A stretch of 32,000 bases of DNA from Mycobacterium leprae TN (GTDB taxonomy: Bacteria > Actinomycetota > Actinomycetes > Mycobacteriales > Mycobacteriaceae), in NCBI RefSeq assembly GCF_000195855.1, contig NC_002677.1:180001-212000 (forward strand), in the 5' to 3' direction. How positions within the stretch are numbered: position 1 is the first letter of the stretch; each line of letters starts with the position of its first letter. The notes beneath the pieces are model-generated. The model was not told the origin of the DNA. It was given only the letters and a program-made list of their open reading frames with translations, and made no database searches. Positions 1 through 12,012 of this stretch are shown one piece after another. The position numbers and the translations under genes are program-made.

Positions 1-26
1 GAGCGGGCTAGGGTGGTTATCCGATA

Positions 27-2150
27 ATGCGGAGTGAAAACCTCGCAGCACTACTCGCTCGACAGGCAGCAGAAGCGGGATGGTACGACAAGCCCGCCTA
101 CTTTGCTCCGGACGTCGTGACTCATGGTCAGATCCATGACGGTGCGGTGCGTCTTGGAGAAGTGCTAAGAAACCGCGGCCTTTCAGCAGGCGATCGAGTC
201 CTGCTATGTCTCCCTGATTCGCCGGACCTAGTCCAGCTCTTGCTGGCCTGTTTGGCTCGCGGGATCATGGCGTTCCTGGCGAATCCGGAGCTCCATCGCG
301 ATGACTACGCGTTTCCGGAGCGCGACACCGCCGCGGCGCTTGTTATCACAAATGGTTCGCTCCGCGATCGGTTTCAATCATCGAACGTGGTAGAACCCGC
401 TGAGCTGTTGTCCGATGCGACCCGAGTTGAGCCGAGTGACTACGAACCGGTGAGTGGTGATGCGTATGCGTTCGCTACATACACATCCGGCACCACGGGT
501 AAGCCAAAGGCGGCGATCCATCGGCACGCCGATCCGTTCACGTTTGTCGACGCGATGTGTCGTAAAGCGTTGCGGCTCACTCCTCAAGATATCGGTTTAT
601 GTAGCGCCCGCATGTATTTTGCTTATGGCCTAGGCAATTCGGTCTGGTTTCCGCTCGCGACAGGCGGGTCCGCGGTTATCAGTTCAGTGCCGGTCAGTGC
701 GGAATCTGCTGCCATGTTAAGTACTCGATTCGAGCCATCGGTGCTTTACGGTGTACCAAGTTTCTTTGCAAGAGTTGTCGGTGCATGTTCTCCGGACTCT
801 TTCCGTTCGTTGCGCTGTGTGGTAACCGCAGGAGAGGCTCTTGAGCCGGCTCTCGCCGAGCGGCTTGTGGAATTCTTTGGCGGTATTCCTATTCTGGACG
901 GAATTGGATCTTCGGAAGTTGGCCAGACATTCGTATCGAATAGTGTTGACGACTGGCGTGTGGGGACTCTAGGAAAGGTTCTTCCTCCCTACGAGATTCG
1001 TGTTGTAGCGCCGGATGGAGCAACCGCTGGTTCTGGGATTGAGGGGAACCTGTGGGTCCGCGGACCATCGATCGCACAGTCCTATTGGAATCGTCCCGAT
1101 TCGCTGCTGGAGAATGGGGATTGGCTGAACACGCGGGATAGGGTACGTATCGACGGTGACGGGTGGGTTACGTACGGTTGCCGTGCGGATGACACGGAAA
1201 TCGTTGGAGGCGTCAACATTAATCCTCGGGAGGTTGAGCGGCTCATTATTGAGGCCGACGCCGTGGCGGAGGCCGCGGTTGTTGGAGTAAGGGAGTTCAC
1301 CGGCGCGTCTACGCTGCAGGCGTTTTTGGTTCCGGCGGTCGGTGCGTTCATTGATGAATCGGTTATGCGAGACGTCCACCGGCGATTGCTTACCCAACTG
1401 ACTGCTTTCAAGGTGCCGCATAGATTTGCTATTATCGAGCGGCTCCCGCGATCTACGAACGGGAAATTGTTACGTAACGTGCTTCGTGCCCAGAGTCCAA
1501 CGAAACCGATTTGGGAACTTTCGTTGACCGAGTCTCAGTCCGCCACGAAGGCACAGCTTGACGGTCGGCCGGCATCGAACGCGCATGCGCAGGCTGCTGT
1601 GGGACATGCCGCCGGGGCAACGCTCAAACAGCGGTTGTCTGCTTTGCAGCAAGAACGTGAGCGGCTGGTCGTGGAGGCCGTCTGTGCGGAGGCCGTTAAG
1701 ATGTTGGGCGAGTCGGATCCTGGATTGATCAATCGGGATCTCGCTTTCTCGGATCTGGGTTTCGATTCACAAATGACAGTCACGCTGTGTAATCGATTGG
1801 CGGTAGTTACCGGCCTGCGGCTGCCCGAAACGGTCGGGTGGGATTACGGCTCGATATCGGGCCTCTCCCGGTATTTAGAGGCTGAATTGTCCGGTGTGCG
1901 TAGTCGGCCGGAAACGCCTCTTTCAGCGAATTCCGGCGCGAAGGGCCTCTCGCCAATCGACGAGGAGTTGAAGAAAGTCGAAGAGATGGTGGTGGCGATT
2001 GGAGCTAGCGAGAAACAGCGCGTGGCTGATCGTTTGCGTGCACTTCTGGGGATCATCGTCGACGGAGAAGCTGGCTTGAGCAAGCGGATCCAGGCTGCCT
2101 CGACTCCTGACGAAATCTTCCAGCTAATCGATTCCGAGTTGTGCGAATAA
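27..2150 (+). CDS. fadD22: FadD22: p-hydroxybenzoate-AMP ligase fused to a C-terminal carrier (ACP) domain, the loading enzyme for the phenolphthiocerol/PGL pathway
   Basis: Uninterrupted 707-aa ORF. It has the adenylate-forming motif '[10 protein letters not shown]' (about nt 480-510). The carrier motif 'LGFDSQMTV' places the phosphopantetheine Ser at codon 581 (nt 1767-1769). It is collinear over its whole length with my recollection of M. tuberculosis FadD22 (Rv2948c), including '[15 protein letters not shown]' at the C-terminus. It sits 22 nt upstream of pks15/1, as in the known locus. Confidence 0.93.
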   Translation: MRSENLAALLARQAAEAGWYDKPAYFAPDVVTHGQIHDGAVRLGEVLRNRGLSAGDRVLLCLPDSPDLVQLLLACLARGIMAFLANPELHRDDYAFPERDTAAALVITNGSLRDRFQSSNVVEPAELLSDATRVEPSDYEPVSGDAYAFATYTSGTTGKPKAAIHRHADPFTFVDAMCRKALRLTPQDIGLCSARMYFAYGLGNSVWFPLATGGSAVISSVPVSAESAAMLSTRFEPSVLYGVPSFFARVVGACSPDSFRSLRCVVTAGEALEPALAERLVEFFGGIPILDGIGSSEVGQTFVSNSVDDWRVGTLGKVLPPYEIRVVAPDGATAGSGIEGNLWVRGPSIAQSYWNRPDSLLENGDWLNTRDRVRIDGDGWVTYGCRADDTEIVGGVNINPREVERLIIEADAVAEAAVVGVREFTGASTLQAFLVPAVGAFIDESVMRDVHRRLLTQLTAFKVPHRFAIIERLPRSTNGKLLRNVLRAQSPTKPIWELSLTESQSATKAQLDGRPASNAHAQAAVGHAAGATLKQRLSALQQERERLVVEAVCAEAVKMLGESDPGLINRDLAFSDLGFDSQMTVTLCNRLAVVTGLRLPETVGWDYGSISGLSRYLEAELSGVRSRPETPLSANSGAKGLSPIDEELKKVEEMVVAIGASEKQRVADRLRALLGIIVDGEAGLSKRIQAASTPDEIFQLIDSELCE

Positions 2151-2172
2151 TGATGAGGAGTGGCAACTGACC

Positions 2173-5100
2173 ATGACTGCGAGCGTTGAAGGGGCTGACC
2201 AGAAGAGCGAAAAGCTTATAAGTTATCTCAAAAAAGTTGTTGTCGAACTTGATGAGACACGTGCTCGGTTACGGGAATACGAACAACGCGCAACAGAGCC
2301 GGTCGCGGTGGTCGGGATCGGGTGTCGGTTCCCAGGCGGCGTGGATAGTCCAGACAGGCTGTGGGATGTTGTTTCGGAGTGCCGCGATGTCGTGTCGGAG
2401 TTTCCGACGGACCGGGGTTGGGACGTCGATGGGCTGTTTGATCCTGATCCCGATGCGGAAGGCAAGACCTACACGCGGTGGGGTGCGTTTTTAGACGACG
2501 CGGCCGGCTTTGACGCCGGGTTCTTTGGCATCGCCCCTAGCGAGGTGCTGGCGATGGACCCTCAGCAGCGATTGATGCTGGAGGTTTCATGGGAGGCGTT
2601 AGAATACGCGGGGATTGACCCATTGTCGTTGCGCGGGTCCGCGACTGGGGTGTTTACAGGGATTTTCGCGCCGAGTTATGGCAGCAGGGACACTGGGGGC
2701 CTGCAGGGCTATGGATTGACCGGCACCGCGGTTAGTGTGGCCTCGGGGCGCGTGTCGTATGTGTTGGGGCTGGAGGGCCCGGCGGTATCGGTGGACACGG
2801 CGTGTTCGTCGTCGTTGGTAGCGATCCATTGGGCGATGTCGTCGTTGCGCTCAGGTGAGTGCGATTTGGCTTTGGCCGGTGGGGTGACGGTGATGGGGTT
2901 GCCGTCGATTTTTGTGGGCTTCAGTCGGCAGCGGGGGTTGGCTGCTGATGGGCGTTGTAAAGCGTTTGCGAGAGCGGCCGACGGGACTGGCTGGGGCGAG
3001 GGTGCCGGAGTGGTCGTGCTCGAGCGGCTCTCGGACGCACAAAGATTGGGCCATACGGTGTTGGCGGTGGTGCGTGGTAGTGCGGTCAATCAGGATGGCG
3101 CATCTAATGGGTTGACTGCACCCAACGGGCTTGCCCAGCAGCGGGTGATCCAGGCAGCGTTAACTAATGCAGGGCTGTCCTCGGCAGACGTGGATGTGGT
3201 TGAGGCACATGGGACCGCCACTACGTTGGGTGATCCTATCGAAGCGCAGGCATTGCTGGCCACGTATGGGCAGGGACGTCCGGCAGACCAGCCGTTGTGG
3301 GTGGGCTCAATTAAGTCGAATATGGGCCACACTCAGGCCGCCGCAGGGGTGGCCGGGGTGATCAAGATGGTGCAAGCTATGCGTCACCACGTGATGCCGG
3401 CGACGCTGCATGTGGATGAGCCTTCCCCGCGGGTGGATTGGACCACCGGCGCGGTGTCGGTGTTGACCGAGGCCCGGGATTGGTCGGTTGAAGGGCGCCC
3501 GCGCCGGGCGGGGGTGTCGTCGTTTGGGATCAGTGGCACCAACGCGCATGTGATCTTGGAAGAGGCTCCAACCCCGGTTGAGGCGAGTTATAGCACCGCT
3601 GACCAGCAGCGGTTGTCGGTAGTGCCCTGGGTGGTTTCGGGTAGATCGACAGCGGCGTTGATGGCGCAAGCGAGTCGGTTGGCGTTCTATGTGCAGGCTG
3701 ACCCGGAGGTGGATCCAGTTGATGTGGGGTGCGCGCTGGCGGCGCGTTCGGTGTTTGAGCATAGAGCAGTGGTCGTCGGCGAAAGCCGTGAGCAACTAAT
3801 TGCGGGGCTAGCTGGGCTCGCAGTTGGCGAGTCGGGCGCTGGCGTGGCGATCGGTCAAGCAGCGCCGCTGGGCAAGACGGTGGTCGTGTTTCCCGGACAG
3901 GGTGCGCAGCGTATCGGTATGGGCCGCGAGTTGTGCAGCCAGTTGCCAGTGTTTGCTGAGGAGTTCGATGCGGTGACCGGTGAGTTGGATCGCCACATGC
4001 GATTGCCGTTGCGCGACGTTGTGTGGGGAGCCGACGCGGGTTTGCTCGACAGCACTGAGTTTGCTCAGCCGGCGTTGTTCGCGGTGGAGGTGGCGTTGTT
4101 CGCGGTGTTGCAGCACTGGGGCCTGCAACCGGATTTTGTGATGGGGCACTCCATTGGGGAGTTGGCGGCGGCTTACGTGGCTGGAGTATTGGCTCCTGCC
4201 GACGCGGCAATGCTGGTGGTGGCGCGAGGCCGGTTGATGCAGTCGATGCCGGCAGGCGGCACGATGTGGGCGGTTGCTGCTTCGGAAGACGAGGTGGTGT
4301 CGCTGTTAGGTGAGGGTGTTGGGATCGCTGCGATCAACGCGCCTGAATCAGTGGTGATCTCCGGTCCGCAGGCCGCGGTGAGCGCCATTGCGGATAAGTT
4401 CGCTGCGCAGGGCCGGCGGGTGCATCAGCTGGCGGTCTCGCATGCGTTTCATTCGCCGTTAATGGAGCCGATGCTCGAGGAGTTTGTGCGCGTTGCGGCT
4501 CAGGTTGAGGTGCGCAAGCCGCAGATTGGTCTGGTGTCAAATGTGACGGGCGAGTTGGCTGGCCCTGATTTCGGTTCTCCGCAGTACTGGGGGGAGCACG
4601 TTAGCCGGGCGGTGCGTTTTGTCGACAGTGCTCGTCATTTGCAGACTTTGGGTGCGACCCACTTCATTGAGTCTGGCCCCAGTAGTGGTTTGATGGGCGC
4701 TATTGAGCAGTCCTTGGCTCCGGCTGAGGCTGTGGTGGTGTCGATGATGGGTAAAGACCGGCCTGAGCTGGCCTCGGTGCTCGGTGCTGCCGGTCAGTTA
4801 TTCGCTACCGGTATGCCAGTGGAGTGGCCTGCGGTGTTTGCCGGTTCAAGTAGGCGGCGGGTGACGTTGCCCACCTATGCGTTCCAGCGCCGTCGATTTT
4901 GGGAAACTCCGGGAACTGATGGTACCGCCTCTGTGTCTGGTTTAGGCCTGGGCTCGACCGAACATGCGCTGTTGGGTGCGGTGGTCGAGCGACCCGATTC
5001 TGGCGGGGTGGTGTTGACCGGCAGGTTATCGCTGGCGAATCAGCCGTGGTTGGCTGATCACGTGATTGGCGGGGTCGTGCTGTTTCCTGGGGCGGGTTTT

Positions 5101-8100
5101 GTCGAGTTGGTGATCCGCGCCGGTGATGAGGTCGGTTGTGCGGGTGTCGAGGAGTTGGTGCTGGCGGCACCGCTGGTGCTGCACCCAGGGTCGGGGGTGC
5201 AGGTGCAGGTGGTCGTGGCAGCCGCTGATGAGTCGAGTCGTCGGGCAGTGTCGGTGTATTCCCGGGGTGATCAATCCCACGGGGGTTGGTTGCTAAACGC
5301 CGAGGGCTTGTTGGAGGTGGATGCCGCGGAGGCCACGGTGGATTTGTCATTGTGGCCGCCGGAAGGTGCCGAGAGCGTGGATATCTCGGACGCCTATCCT
5401 CAGTTAGCCGAGCGCGGTTACGCCTACGGCCCGGCGTTTCAGGGTTTGGTGGCAATCTGGCGGCGCGGTTCGGAGCTGTTCGCCGAGGTAGTCGCTCCCA
5501 CTGGTGTGGTTGTCGACGGGATGGGGATGCACCCGGCGTTACTAGACGCAGTGCTGCATGCTTTGGGGTTGGCTATCGAGAACACTCAGGCGACCACCGA
5601 GATGCGACTGCCATTTTGTTGGCGCGGTGTGTCGCTGCATGCCGGTGGTGCTGGGCGGGTGCGTGCTCGCTTCACCTCGGCAGGGGCGGATGCGATCGCA
5701 GTGGATATCGCAGACTCCGCGGGGTTGCCGGTTTTGACCGTGCGTTCGCTGGTCACTCGTGCGATGACTGCTGAACAGCTGCGCACCGCCGTGACCGCGG
5801 CTGGTGGTGCGCTCGAACAGGGGCCGATGGACCTAGTGTGGTCGCCAATACCGCTTAGCAGCGACGGTCACGGCGGTGGCCTGCCTTCCGTAGTGTCTTG
5901 GGCAGACTATTGCGCCGGCAGAGGCAATGATACGGGCGTCGTGGTGTGGGAATTCGGGTCTGCGTCTGCTGGTGCCCAAGCACCTGTGGACTCGGTAGCC
6001 GCGGTATATTCGGCCACCCACGCCGCCCTTCAGGTGCTGCAGTTTTGGTTTGGCCAGGATAGAGCCGGTACGCTGGTGGTGTTGACCCGTGGTGCTGTCG
6101 GGTTGGTCGGTGAGGGTATCAGTGACCTGGCCGCCGCTGCGGTATGGGGCATGGTGCGGTCGGCGCAGAGCGAACATTCCGGCAAGATTGTGTTGATCGA
6201 CACCGACTCGGCAGTGGACGTGGCGGTGTTGGCAGACCTTGGCGAATCCCAACTGTTGGTGCGCTGCAACACCGTGCATGCGGCTCGTTTGTCCCCGGCC
6301 CCGCAACTGCTGGCTCTGCCGGTCGGGGAGTCAATGTGGCGTTTGGCTGCCGATGGCGGTGGGACTTTGGAGGATCTGGTGATCCAGCCCTGCCCAGAAG
6401 TGCAAGCACCGCTGCAGGCGGGGCATATGCGGGTGGCGGTGGCTGCGGTCGGGGTCAACTTCCGCGACGTGGTGGCCGCACTGGGAATGTATCCCGGCCA
6501 AGCCCCGCCACTGGGTGCAGAAGGCGCCGGGGTGGTGATCGAAATCGGTCCCGAGGTTACCGGTGTGGCCGTCGGTGACGCGGTGATGGGTTTCCTCGGT
6601 GGGGCGGGTCCGCTGGCAGTTGTGCACCAACAACTGATTACCCAGATGCCGCAGGGCTGGTCGTTGGCTGAGGCCGCCGCCGTGCCGGTGGTGTTTTTGA
6701 CGGCCTTGTTCGGGTTGGCGGATTTGGCCGGCATCCGGGCCGGGGAATCGGTGCTTATACATGCCGGAACCGGTGGTGTGGGCATGGCAGCAGTGCAGTT
6801 TGCTCGCCACTGGGGTGTGGAAATTTTCGTCACCGCCAGCCGCGGTAAGTGGGACACGCTACGCGACATGGGGTTTGACGACGACCACATCGGTGATTCC
6901 CGGACGTTGGAGTTCGAGGAGAAGTTCCTTGCAGTGACTGATGGTCGCGGGGTTGATGTAGTGCTCGATTCACTGGCCGGTGATTTCGTGGATGCTTCGT
7001 TGCGCTTGTTAGTCCGTGGTGGGCGTTTTCTCGAGATGGGCAAGACCGATATCCGCGATGCGCAGGAGATCGCTGCCAACTATCCTGGTGTGCAGTATCG
7101 GGCGTTCGATCTGTCGGAGGCCGGCCCGGTGCGCATGCAGGAGATGCTATGCGAGGTGCGTGAGCTCTTCGATACCCAGGTGCTGCATCGGTTGCCGGTC
7201 ACTAGCTGGGATGTACGCTGCGCGCCGGCAGCCTTCCGGTTCATGAGTCAGGCCCGCCACATCGGCAAGGTTGTCTTGACCATGCCTTCGGCGCTGGCTG
7301 ATGGATTGGCCGAAGGCACCGTTCTAATCACTGGCGCTTCCGGGGCGATCGGTGGGGTATTGGCACGCCACATGGTCAGCGCCTACGGTGTGCGCCATCT
7401 GGTGTTGGCTAGTAGGCGGGGTGATCGTGCTGAGGGAGCGGTTGAGTTGGCCGCTGAATTGGTTGGGGCCGGCGCCAAGATACAGGTGGTAGCTTGTGAC
7501 GTGGCCGATAATGATGCTGTACGAGGATTGTTCGCTCAGCTGTCGCGGGAGTTTCCGCCGGTGCGCGGCGTGATTCATGCCGCCGGTGTGCTCGATGACG
7601 GGGCGATCACTTCATTGACACCGGATCGGGTCGATACGGTGTTGCGAGCCAAGGTGGACGCGGCGTGGAACCTACACGAGGCCACCCGCGATCTGGACTT
7701 GTTGATGTTTGTTTTGTGCTCCTCGATCGCGGCCACGGTCGGCTCGCCGGGGCAGGGCAACTACTCCGCGGCAAACGCGTTCCTCGATGGGTTGGCCGCT
7801 TATCGGCAGGCCGCCGGGTTGGCCGGGACATCGCTGGCGTGGGGGTTATGGGAGCAGCCCGGCGGCATGAACGCTCATTTGAGCAGCCGTGACCTAGCCC
7901 GTATAAGTCGTAGCGGGCTGGCTCCGATGAACCCTGCCCAGGCGCTGGAATTGTTTGACGCTGCGTTGGTGATCGATCACCCCTTTATGGTGACTGCCCT
8001 TCTGGACCGGGCCGCACTTGATGCCCAGGCCCAGGCTGGCGCGTTGCCGCCATTATTCAGTAGGCTGGTGCGACGTTCGCGGCGACGCCAAATTGAGGAC

Positions 8101-8484
8101 CCCGGGGATGCCACCCAGTCGAAGTTGGCTCTGGTCCAGCGCCTACAAGGACTGGCTGCGAACAGGCAACTCGAGCTGCTGGTAGGGGTCGTGTGCTTGC
8201 AGGCAGCGGCGGTACTGGGCCGGCCCTCTCCTGAGGACATCGACCCCAACACCAAGTTTCAGGACCTCGGTTTCGACTCGCTGACAGCCGTCGAATTGCG
8301 CAACAGGCTAAAGTCAGCGACCGGGTTGACTTTGCCGCCAACCGTGATCTTCGATCACCCCACTCCCACCGCGGTCGCCGAGTACGTCGCTCAGCAAATG
8401 CTGAAAAGCCGCCCAGCGGAATCCGGTGATGAAACGTCACAGGCTGTCGAACCGAAGGTTGAGGAAGTGTCCGTACACGCTTAA
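2173..8484 (+). CDS. pks15/1: Type I iterative polyketide synthase Pks15/1 as a single fused ORF (KS-AT-DH-ER-KR-ACP), which elongates p-hydroxybenzoate for phenolphthiocerol
   Basis: 2103-aa ORF with no interruption. KS 'DTACSSS' has Cys codon 211 at nt 2803-2805. AT 'GHSIGE' has Ser codon 660 at nt 4150-4152. DH '[11 protein letters not shown]' has His codon 963 at nt 5059-5061. ER '[11 protein letters not shown]' lies at about nt 6760-6795 and KR 'GASGAIGG' at about nt 7333-7356. ACP 'LGFDSL' has Ser codon 2036 at nt 8278-8280. All codon positions were checked to be in frame with the ATG at 2173. Confidence 0.93.
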   Translation: MTASVEGADQKSEKLISYLKKVVVELDETRARLREYEQRATEPVAVVGIGCRFPGGVDSPDRLWDVVSECRDVVSEFPTDRGWDVDGLFDPDPDAEGKTYTRWGAFLDDAAGFDAGFFGIAPSEVLAMDPQQRLMLEVSWEALEYAGIDPLSLRGSATGVFTGIFAPSYGSRDTGGLQGYGLTGTAVSVASGRVSYVLGLEGPAVSVDTACSSSLVAIHWAMSSLRSGECDLALAGGVTVMGLPSIFVGFSRQRGLAADGRCKAFARAADGTGWGEGAGVVVLERLSDAQRLGHTVLAVVRGSAVNQDGASNGLTAPNGLAQQRVIQAALTNAGLSSADVDVVEAHGTATTLGDPIEAQALLATYGQGRPADQPLWVGSIKSNMGHTQAAAGVAGVIKMVQAMRHHVMPATLHVDEPSPRVDWTTGAVSVLTEARDWSVEGRPRRAGVSSFGISGTNAHVILEEAPTPVEASYSTADQQRLSVVPWVVSGRSTAALMAQASRLAFYVQADPEVDPVDVGCALAARSVFEHRAVVVGESREQLIAGLAGLAVGESGAGVAIGQAAPLGKTVVVFPGQGAQRIGMGRELCSQLPVFAEEFDAVTGELDRHMRLPLRDVVWGADAGLLDSTEFAQPALFAVEVALFAVLQHWGLQPDFVMGHSIGELAAAYVAGVLAPADAAMLVVARGRLMQSMPAGGTMWAVAASEDEVVSLLGEGVGIAAINAPESVVISGPQAAVSAIADKFAAQGRRVHQLAVSHAFHSPLMEPMLEEFVRVAAQVEVRKPQIGLVSNVTGELAGPDFGSPQYWGEHVSRAVRFVDSARHLQTLGATHFIESGPSSGLMGAIEQSLAPAEAVVVSMMGKDRPELASVLGAAGQLFATGMPVEWPAVFAGSSRRRVTLPTYAFQRRRFWETPGTDGTASVSGLGLGSTEHALLGAVVERPDSGGVVLTGRLSLANQPWLADHVIGGVVLFPGAGFVELVIRAGDEVGCAGVEELVLAAPLVLHPGSGVQVQVVVAAADESSRRAVSVYSRGDQSHGGWLLNAEGLLEVDAAEATVDLSLWPPEGAESVDISDAYPQLAERGYAYGPAFQGLVAIWRRGSELFAEVVAPTGVVVDGMGMHPALLDAVLHALGLAIENTQATTEMRLPFCWRGVSLHAGGAGRVRARFTSAGADAIAVDIADSAGLPVLTVRSLVTRAMTAEQLRTAVTAAGGALEQGPMDLVWSPIPLSSDGHGGGLPSVVSWADYCAGRGNDTGVVVWEFGSASAGAQAPVDSVAAVYSATHAALQVLQFWFGQDRAGTLVVLTRGAVGLVGEGISDLAAAAVWGMVRSAQSEHSGKIVLIDTDSAVDVAVLADLGESQLLVRCNTVHAARLSPAPQLLALPVGESMWRLAADGGGTLEDLVIQPCPEVQAPLQAGHMRVAVAAVGVNFRDVVAALGMYPGQAPPLGAEGAGVVIEIGPEVTGVAVGDAVMGFLGGAGPLAVVHQQLITQMPQGWSLAEAAAVPVVFLTALFGLADLAGIRAGESVLIHAGTGGVGMAAVQFARHWGVEIFVTASRGKWDTLRDMGFDDDHIGDSRTLEFEEKFLAVTDGRGVDVVLDSLAGDFVDASLRLLVRGGRFLEMGKTDIRDAQEIAANYPGVQYRAFDLSEAGPVRMQEMLCEVRELFDTQVLHRLPVTSWDVRCAPAAFRFMSQARHIGKVVLTMPSALADGLAEGTVLITGASGAIGGVLARHMVSAYGVRHLVLASRRGDRAEGAVELAAELVGAGAKIQVVACDVADNDAVRGLFAQLSREFPPVRGVIHAAGVLDDGAITSLTPDRVDTVLRAKVDAAWNLHEATRDLDLLMFVLCSSIAATVGSPGQGNYSAANAFLDGLAAYRQAAGLAGTSLAWGLWEQPGGMNAHLSSRDLARISRSGLAPMNPAQALELFDAALVIDHPFMVTALLDRAALDAQAQAGALPPLFSRLVRRSRRRQIEDPGDATQSKLALVQRLQGLAANRQLELLVGVVCLQAAAVLGRPSPEDIDPNTKFQDLGFDSLTAVELRNRLKSATGLTLPPTVIFDHPTPTAVAEYVAQQMLKSRPAESGDETSQAVEPKVEEVSVHA

Positions 8485-8550
8485 CACACTCAAGTGTCAG
8501 TATCATTCTTCGGGTTGCGAGCCCACTAGACAGATCGAGGTAGTTAGCAA

Positions 8551-9252
8551 ATGAATGATCGGAAGTGGGTGACGTCGTCCGTTATGCTAGTGACGTTGAG
8601 TGCCTGTCTGGCGCTGGGGCTATCCGGATGCTCTTCAACGAAACCTGATGCCCAGGAACAGAGTAGTTCGTCTAGCCCGGCGTCCTCTGACCCCGCGCTC
8701 ACCGCTGAGATTAAGCAGTCGCTGGAGACGACAAAGGCGTTGTCCAGCGTGCACGTAGTGGTCCAAACAACCGGGAAAGTCGACGCCTTGCTCGGTATCA
8801 GCAATGCCGACGTCGACGTCCAGGCCAATCCACTTGCGGTAAAGGGCACCTGCACCTATAACGACCAGCCCGGGGTCCCGTTTCGAGTGTTGGGTGACAA
8901 CATCTCGGTGAAACTGTTCGACGACTGGAGTAATCTCGGCTCCATCTCCGACCTGTCAACCTCACATGTGCTTGACCCCAACACCGGTATTACGCAGGTG
9001 TTGTCGGGTGTTATCAACTTACAGGCGCAAGGCACCGAGGTGGTTGACAGAATCCCGACCAACAAAATCACTGGAACCGTCCCTACGAGTTCGGTCAAGA
9101 TGCTTGATCCTAAGGCTAAGGGTTCGAAGCTGGCGACCGTGTGGATTGCTCAGGACGGCTCGCATCATCTCGTCCGGGCAAGCATCGACCTCGGCTCCGG
9201 GTCTATTCAGCTCACGCAGTCCAAATGGAACGAGCCGGTGAACACTAACTAG
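8551..9252 (+). CDS. lppX: Lipoprotein LppX (PDIM/PGL translocation lipoprotein, LprG/LppX family)
   Basis: 233-aa ORF. The N-terminal signal peptide carries the lipobox 'LSGC' with the lipidated Cys at codon 27 (nt 8629-8631). A Ser-rich linker follows. It sits between pks15/1 and mmpL7 as in the M. tuberculosis locus (Rv2945c). A purine-rich 'cgaggt' lies about 10 nt before the ATG. Confidence 0.9.
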   Translation: MNDRKWVTSSVMLVTLSACLALGLSGCSSTKPDAQEQSSSSSPASSDPALTAEIKQSLETTKALSSVHVVVQTTGKVDALLGISNADVDVQANPLAVKGTCTYNDQPGVPFRVLGDNISVKLFDDWSNLGSISDLSTSHVLDPNTGITQVLSGVINLQAQGTEVVDRIPTNKITGTVPTSSVKMLDPKAKGSKLATVWIAQDGSHHLVRASIDLGSGSIQLTQSKWNEPVNTN

Positions 9253-11961
9253 TTAGTTAGGGCCACCGCTTAATCGGCTCGGCAGTTTTGACCAGGCTGG
9301 CATGGCCGCTTCGGCATGGTAGGAAATCAAAACTTGTTCCACCTTGGTGAGCGCGCCCAGCGCGATCACCAGAACCGTACCGACTTGGCTGAGCGCACTG
9401 AAGGAAGCTTCCGCCACCACCAGTCCGGCGCCGAATATAGCGCCGAGCACAGTCAGCGGTACAACCGCGCGCCGCACGGACACGGTCGCCGCAGTCTTCG
9501 CCTCGGCGGAGACTCGAGCGGCCTCGAGACTGGTAACCAGATACAGTACCCCACACGGAGCTAGGATGGCGAAGGATACCAGTGGGACCGAGGCCTGCAG
9601 TTCGTGACCCAGGATGTGTTGCCACAGCGCAACCGAGATTCCCAACCCGCCGAGGTAGGCGGCTAGCACGCCTAAGCCAACCGCAACTCCACTGCCAGCG
9701 CTGACCCACATGCTGGCCAGGGCCACTACTGCAAATAGCATACCTGCCAACAGCACAGCGTCGTGGGTAAGGGCAGCACGAGCGGCTACGGCTACTTGTG
9801 CGGCCCCACCTAGCGTGATCCGGCTGTCAACGAGGCTTCCGTATTTCATCGCCTTGCCTGCGGCGATTTCGAGCTGCTGCGCACGCGCCGCGGTATCAAG
9901 ACCCGGGTTATGCTCATTAGTGTAGACGACCAGGCGGGTCGCTGTTCCGTCTGACGAGAACATCGATTCTCGTACGTGCTGGTAGGATGAACTCATCAGC
10001 TCCTTCATGGGTAGATGGAAGCCGCCTTCACCGGTATCAGCAAAGTCTCTACTGAGATTTTTCAGCATCGCCGATGCTTGCGCTATTTGCGGCATGAGTT
10101 CCTGGATGGTGGATTCCAGCCTGGGTATGAAGGAGCGTGCTTGCTTCAGCGCCGACCGCATCTGCGCCACCATGTGCGGTGCTTCGTTGAAGGAGCTTAT
10201 TGTTTGGTCCGATATCGCCGAGATACGGTCGACACCATTGGACAGTTGGTCCATGCTGGCGGCCACTTTGTCATATGGTTCAATGACCTTGCGCATGGCC
10301 GAACACAATACGTCGTTGGGACAGTTTGTAACGCTTACGACCCAGCCGCGGACTGTGTCCAGGTATCCCGAAAATTCAGCGGTTTTGCTTTTAATGTTCC
10401 GTGCGGCGGAGAGCACCGGGTTGAGGTACTGTTGCACTTGGTGGGCCCCGGCCAGAGCCACATTGACGGTGCTTTCCAGTTCGTCCACGGTGCTGCTCAT
10501 CTGATCGATCATGGTCTTCATTTGTTTGATCGCAGTCACTGCCGGCACGAACGACCCGGCCTGCTGACTCATCTGATCGGCGAGCCTTCCCGCCGCGGAG
10601 CTGAGCGAGGCGTCGTTCCACGGTACACCAGCCGGCCATGCCGCCGACTCCACCTTGCGTACGCCGGGAATCTCCATCAGACGGTGACTGACTTGGTCGA
10701 TGGCGATAAGCGCCGCGGGATCCCTGAGGTCCCGGGCGGATTTGATGAGCAGAATGTCGGGTAGCAGATTGCCCGGGAGGATCTGTGTGCCACTTTGCGC
10801 GGTATGGTCCTCGGCCAGACCCAACCGCATCCCGATGACTGGTAGTGCGCAGGTGGCCAGCACCACGGCGGTGAGGCGTGCCGGACTAGAGAAGTTGGGT
10901 ACTAACAACCGACGTGTCCAGGTATTGCCGTTCACCTGTGGTGATATTTGCCCACTTGGTCCTGCGAGCTTGATCAGCGTAGGCAGCAGTGTCAACGAAG
11001 CTGCAAGTGCCACAACGACACCCAGTGCTACGGTGCCGACGCTGTGTAGTGCCGGTGTTCGGGCAAGCAGTAATGTACCGGTGAGCAATGCGACACACGC
11101 CCCGAGCAGTGCCAATGCGGGCAAGTGGGCGCGGCAAGTGGGCGCGGCAGAATCACCTGTGTAGGACCTGGACGCTAGCAGGGTGGAAGCGGTGATGGTC
11201 CCGATCGTCAGGACTGCAGCCAAGTTCCAAGAGAATACCGAAACGGTCCCCCCAGTTTGTCTCTGTACCACCGCGGCGAGCGGCCAAGCCGCCGCGAGCG
11301 AAAAGTCGGCTGTCAGCAGCATGATCACCACGATCCGTATGGCTTGCCGCGCTCGCAGCAGGAATAAGATGGCGATCACCGCCGCTGCGGTCACGATTGC
11401 CATGCCCTGCCAGGCAGTCATCTCCATAGGCATGTTGTTAGTGGTCGCTGGGACCACGATACGGGCGCGGAGCTCTTCACTCGGCGGTAACTGGCGCACC
11501 ACTGATCGGATAGCGCCGAGGGATGCCCGAGCTCGGGTCGTCCCCGCCTCGCCCTGCAACCAGATCAAGGCTATTGCGGAGCGGCTGTCGGGACTGGTCC
11601 CCAGCGGGGCGGTGAGGGGATCCGACCACCAGTCGAGGACAGATCCCACGTCGTGAGTATCGGCGCGCAGGGCGTTGACGGCAGAGTCGTAGTAAGGCTG
11701 GTCTTCCGGTTCAAGTGTCCTGTTGCCTTCCACCACCAGGTAGGCAATGGCGTTCGTGCCGGTGCCTGGGAAAGCCTGCGCAATCTGGTTGGTTGTGGTG
11801 ACTGTCATGGTGTCTTGCGGCAAGAGCACCGAGTTCTTATCACGAAGTTTCGCCTGTGTCAACGTGAAAATTAAGTTGGCTATCACTACCGCTGTGATCC
11901 AGGCGGTGATGACAAGGAGGTTGGCTAGCCGGAGCGACCTATGACTGTCGTCGGTTGACAC
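9253..11961 (-). CDS. mmpL7: RND-superfamily lipid transporter MmpL7 (PDIM/PGL export)
   Basis: Intact 902-codon ORF opening with GTG (revcomp of nt 11959-11961). It has many hydrophobic helices in two clusters separated by a large soluble domain, which is the MmpL architecture. It is downstream of fadD28 on the same strand (51-nt gap), as for Rv2941-Rv2942. The exact start codon is not verified. Confidence 0.88.
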   Translation of the reverse strand: MSTDDSHRSLRLANLLVITAWITAVVIANLIFTLTQAKLRDKNSVLLPQDTMTVTTTNQIAQAFPGTGTNAIAYLVVEGNRTLEPEDQPYYDSAVNALRADTHDVGSVLDWWSDPLTAPLGTSPDSRSAIALIWLQGEAGTTRARASLGAIRSVVRQLPPSEELRARIVVPATTNNMPMEMTAWQGMAIVTAAAVIAILFLLRARQAIRIVVIMLLTADFSLAAAWPLAAVVQRQTGGTVSVFSWNLAAVLTIGTITASTLLASRSYTGDSAAPTCRAHLPALALLGACVALLTGTLLLARTPALHSVGTVALGVVVALAASLTLLPTLIKLAGPSGQISPQVNGNTWTRRLLVPNFSSPARLTAVVLATCALPVIGMRLGLAEDHTAQSGTQILPGNLLPDILLIKSARDLRDPAALIAIDQVSHRLMEIPGVRKVESAAWPAGVPWNDASLSSAAGRLADQMSQQAGSFVPAVTAIKQMKTMIDQMSSTVDELESTVNVALAGAHQVQQYLNPVLSAARNIKSKTAEFSGYLDTVRGWVVSVTNCPNDVLCSAMRKVIEPYDKVAASMDQLSNGVDRISAISDQTISSFNEAPHMVAQMRSALKQARSFIPRLESTIQELMPQIAQASAMLKNLSRDFADTGEGGFHLPMKELMSSSYQHVRESMFSSDGTATRLVVYTNEHNPGLDTAARAQQLEIAAGKAMKYGSLVDSRITLGGAAQVAVAARAALTHDAVLLAGMLFAVVALASMWVSAGSGVAVGLGVLAAYLGGLGISVALWQHILGHELQASVPLVSFAILAPCGVLYLVTSLEAARVSAEAKTAATVSVRRAVVPLTVLGAIFGAGLVVAEASFSALSQVGTVLVIALGALTKVEQVLISYHAEAAMPAWSKLPSRLSGGPN

Positions 11962-12012
11962 GCTCGTGAATCTCAGATGGATGTACTAAATTCTACACAG
12001 TAGGGTCTTTGG

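Noticed and set aside
6030-7079. A 349-codon ORF on the - strand inside pks15/1, with similar long antisense ORFs at 3530-4210, 4805-5455 and 2709-3089.
   Set aside because: These are shadow ORFs typical of GC-rich coding DNA. Their translations are Pro/Arg/Ser/Thr-rich low-complexity sequence with no motifs. The sense strand carries a complete, motif-verified PKS.
10015-10764. A 249-codon + strand ORF overlapping mmpL7, and + strand ORFs 12077-13096 overlapping fadD28.
   Set aside because: They are antisense to intact genes whose products match known proteins end to end, and they have no motifs of their own.
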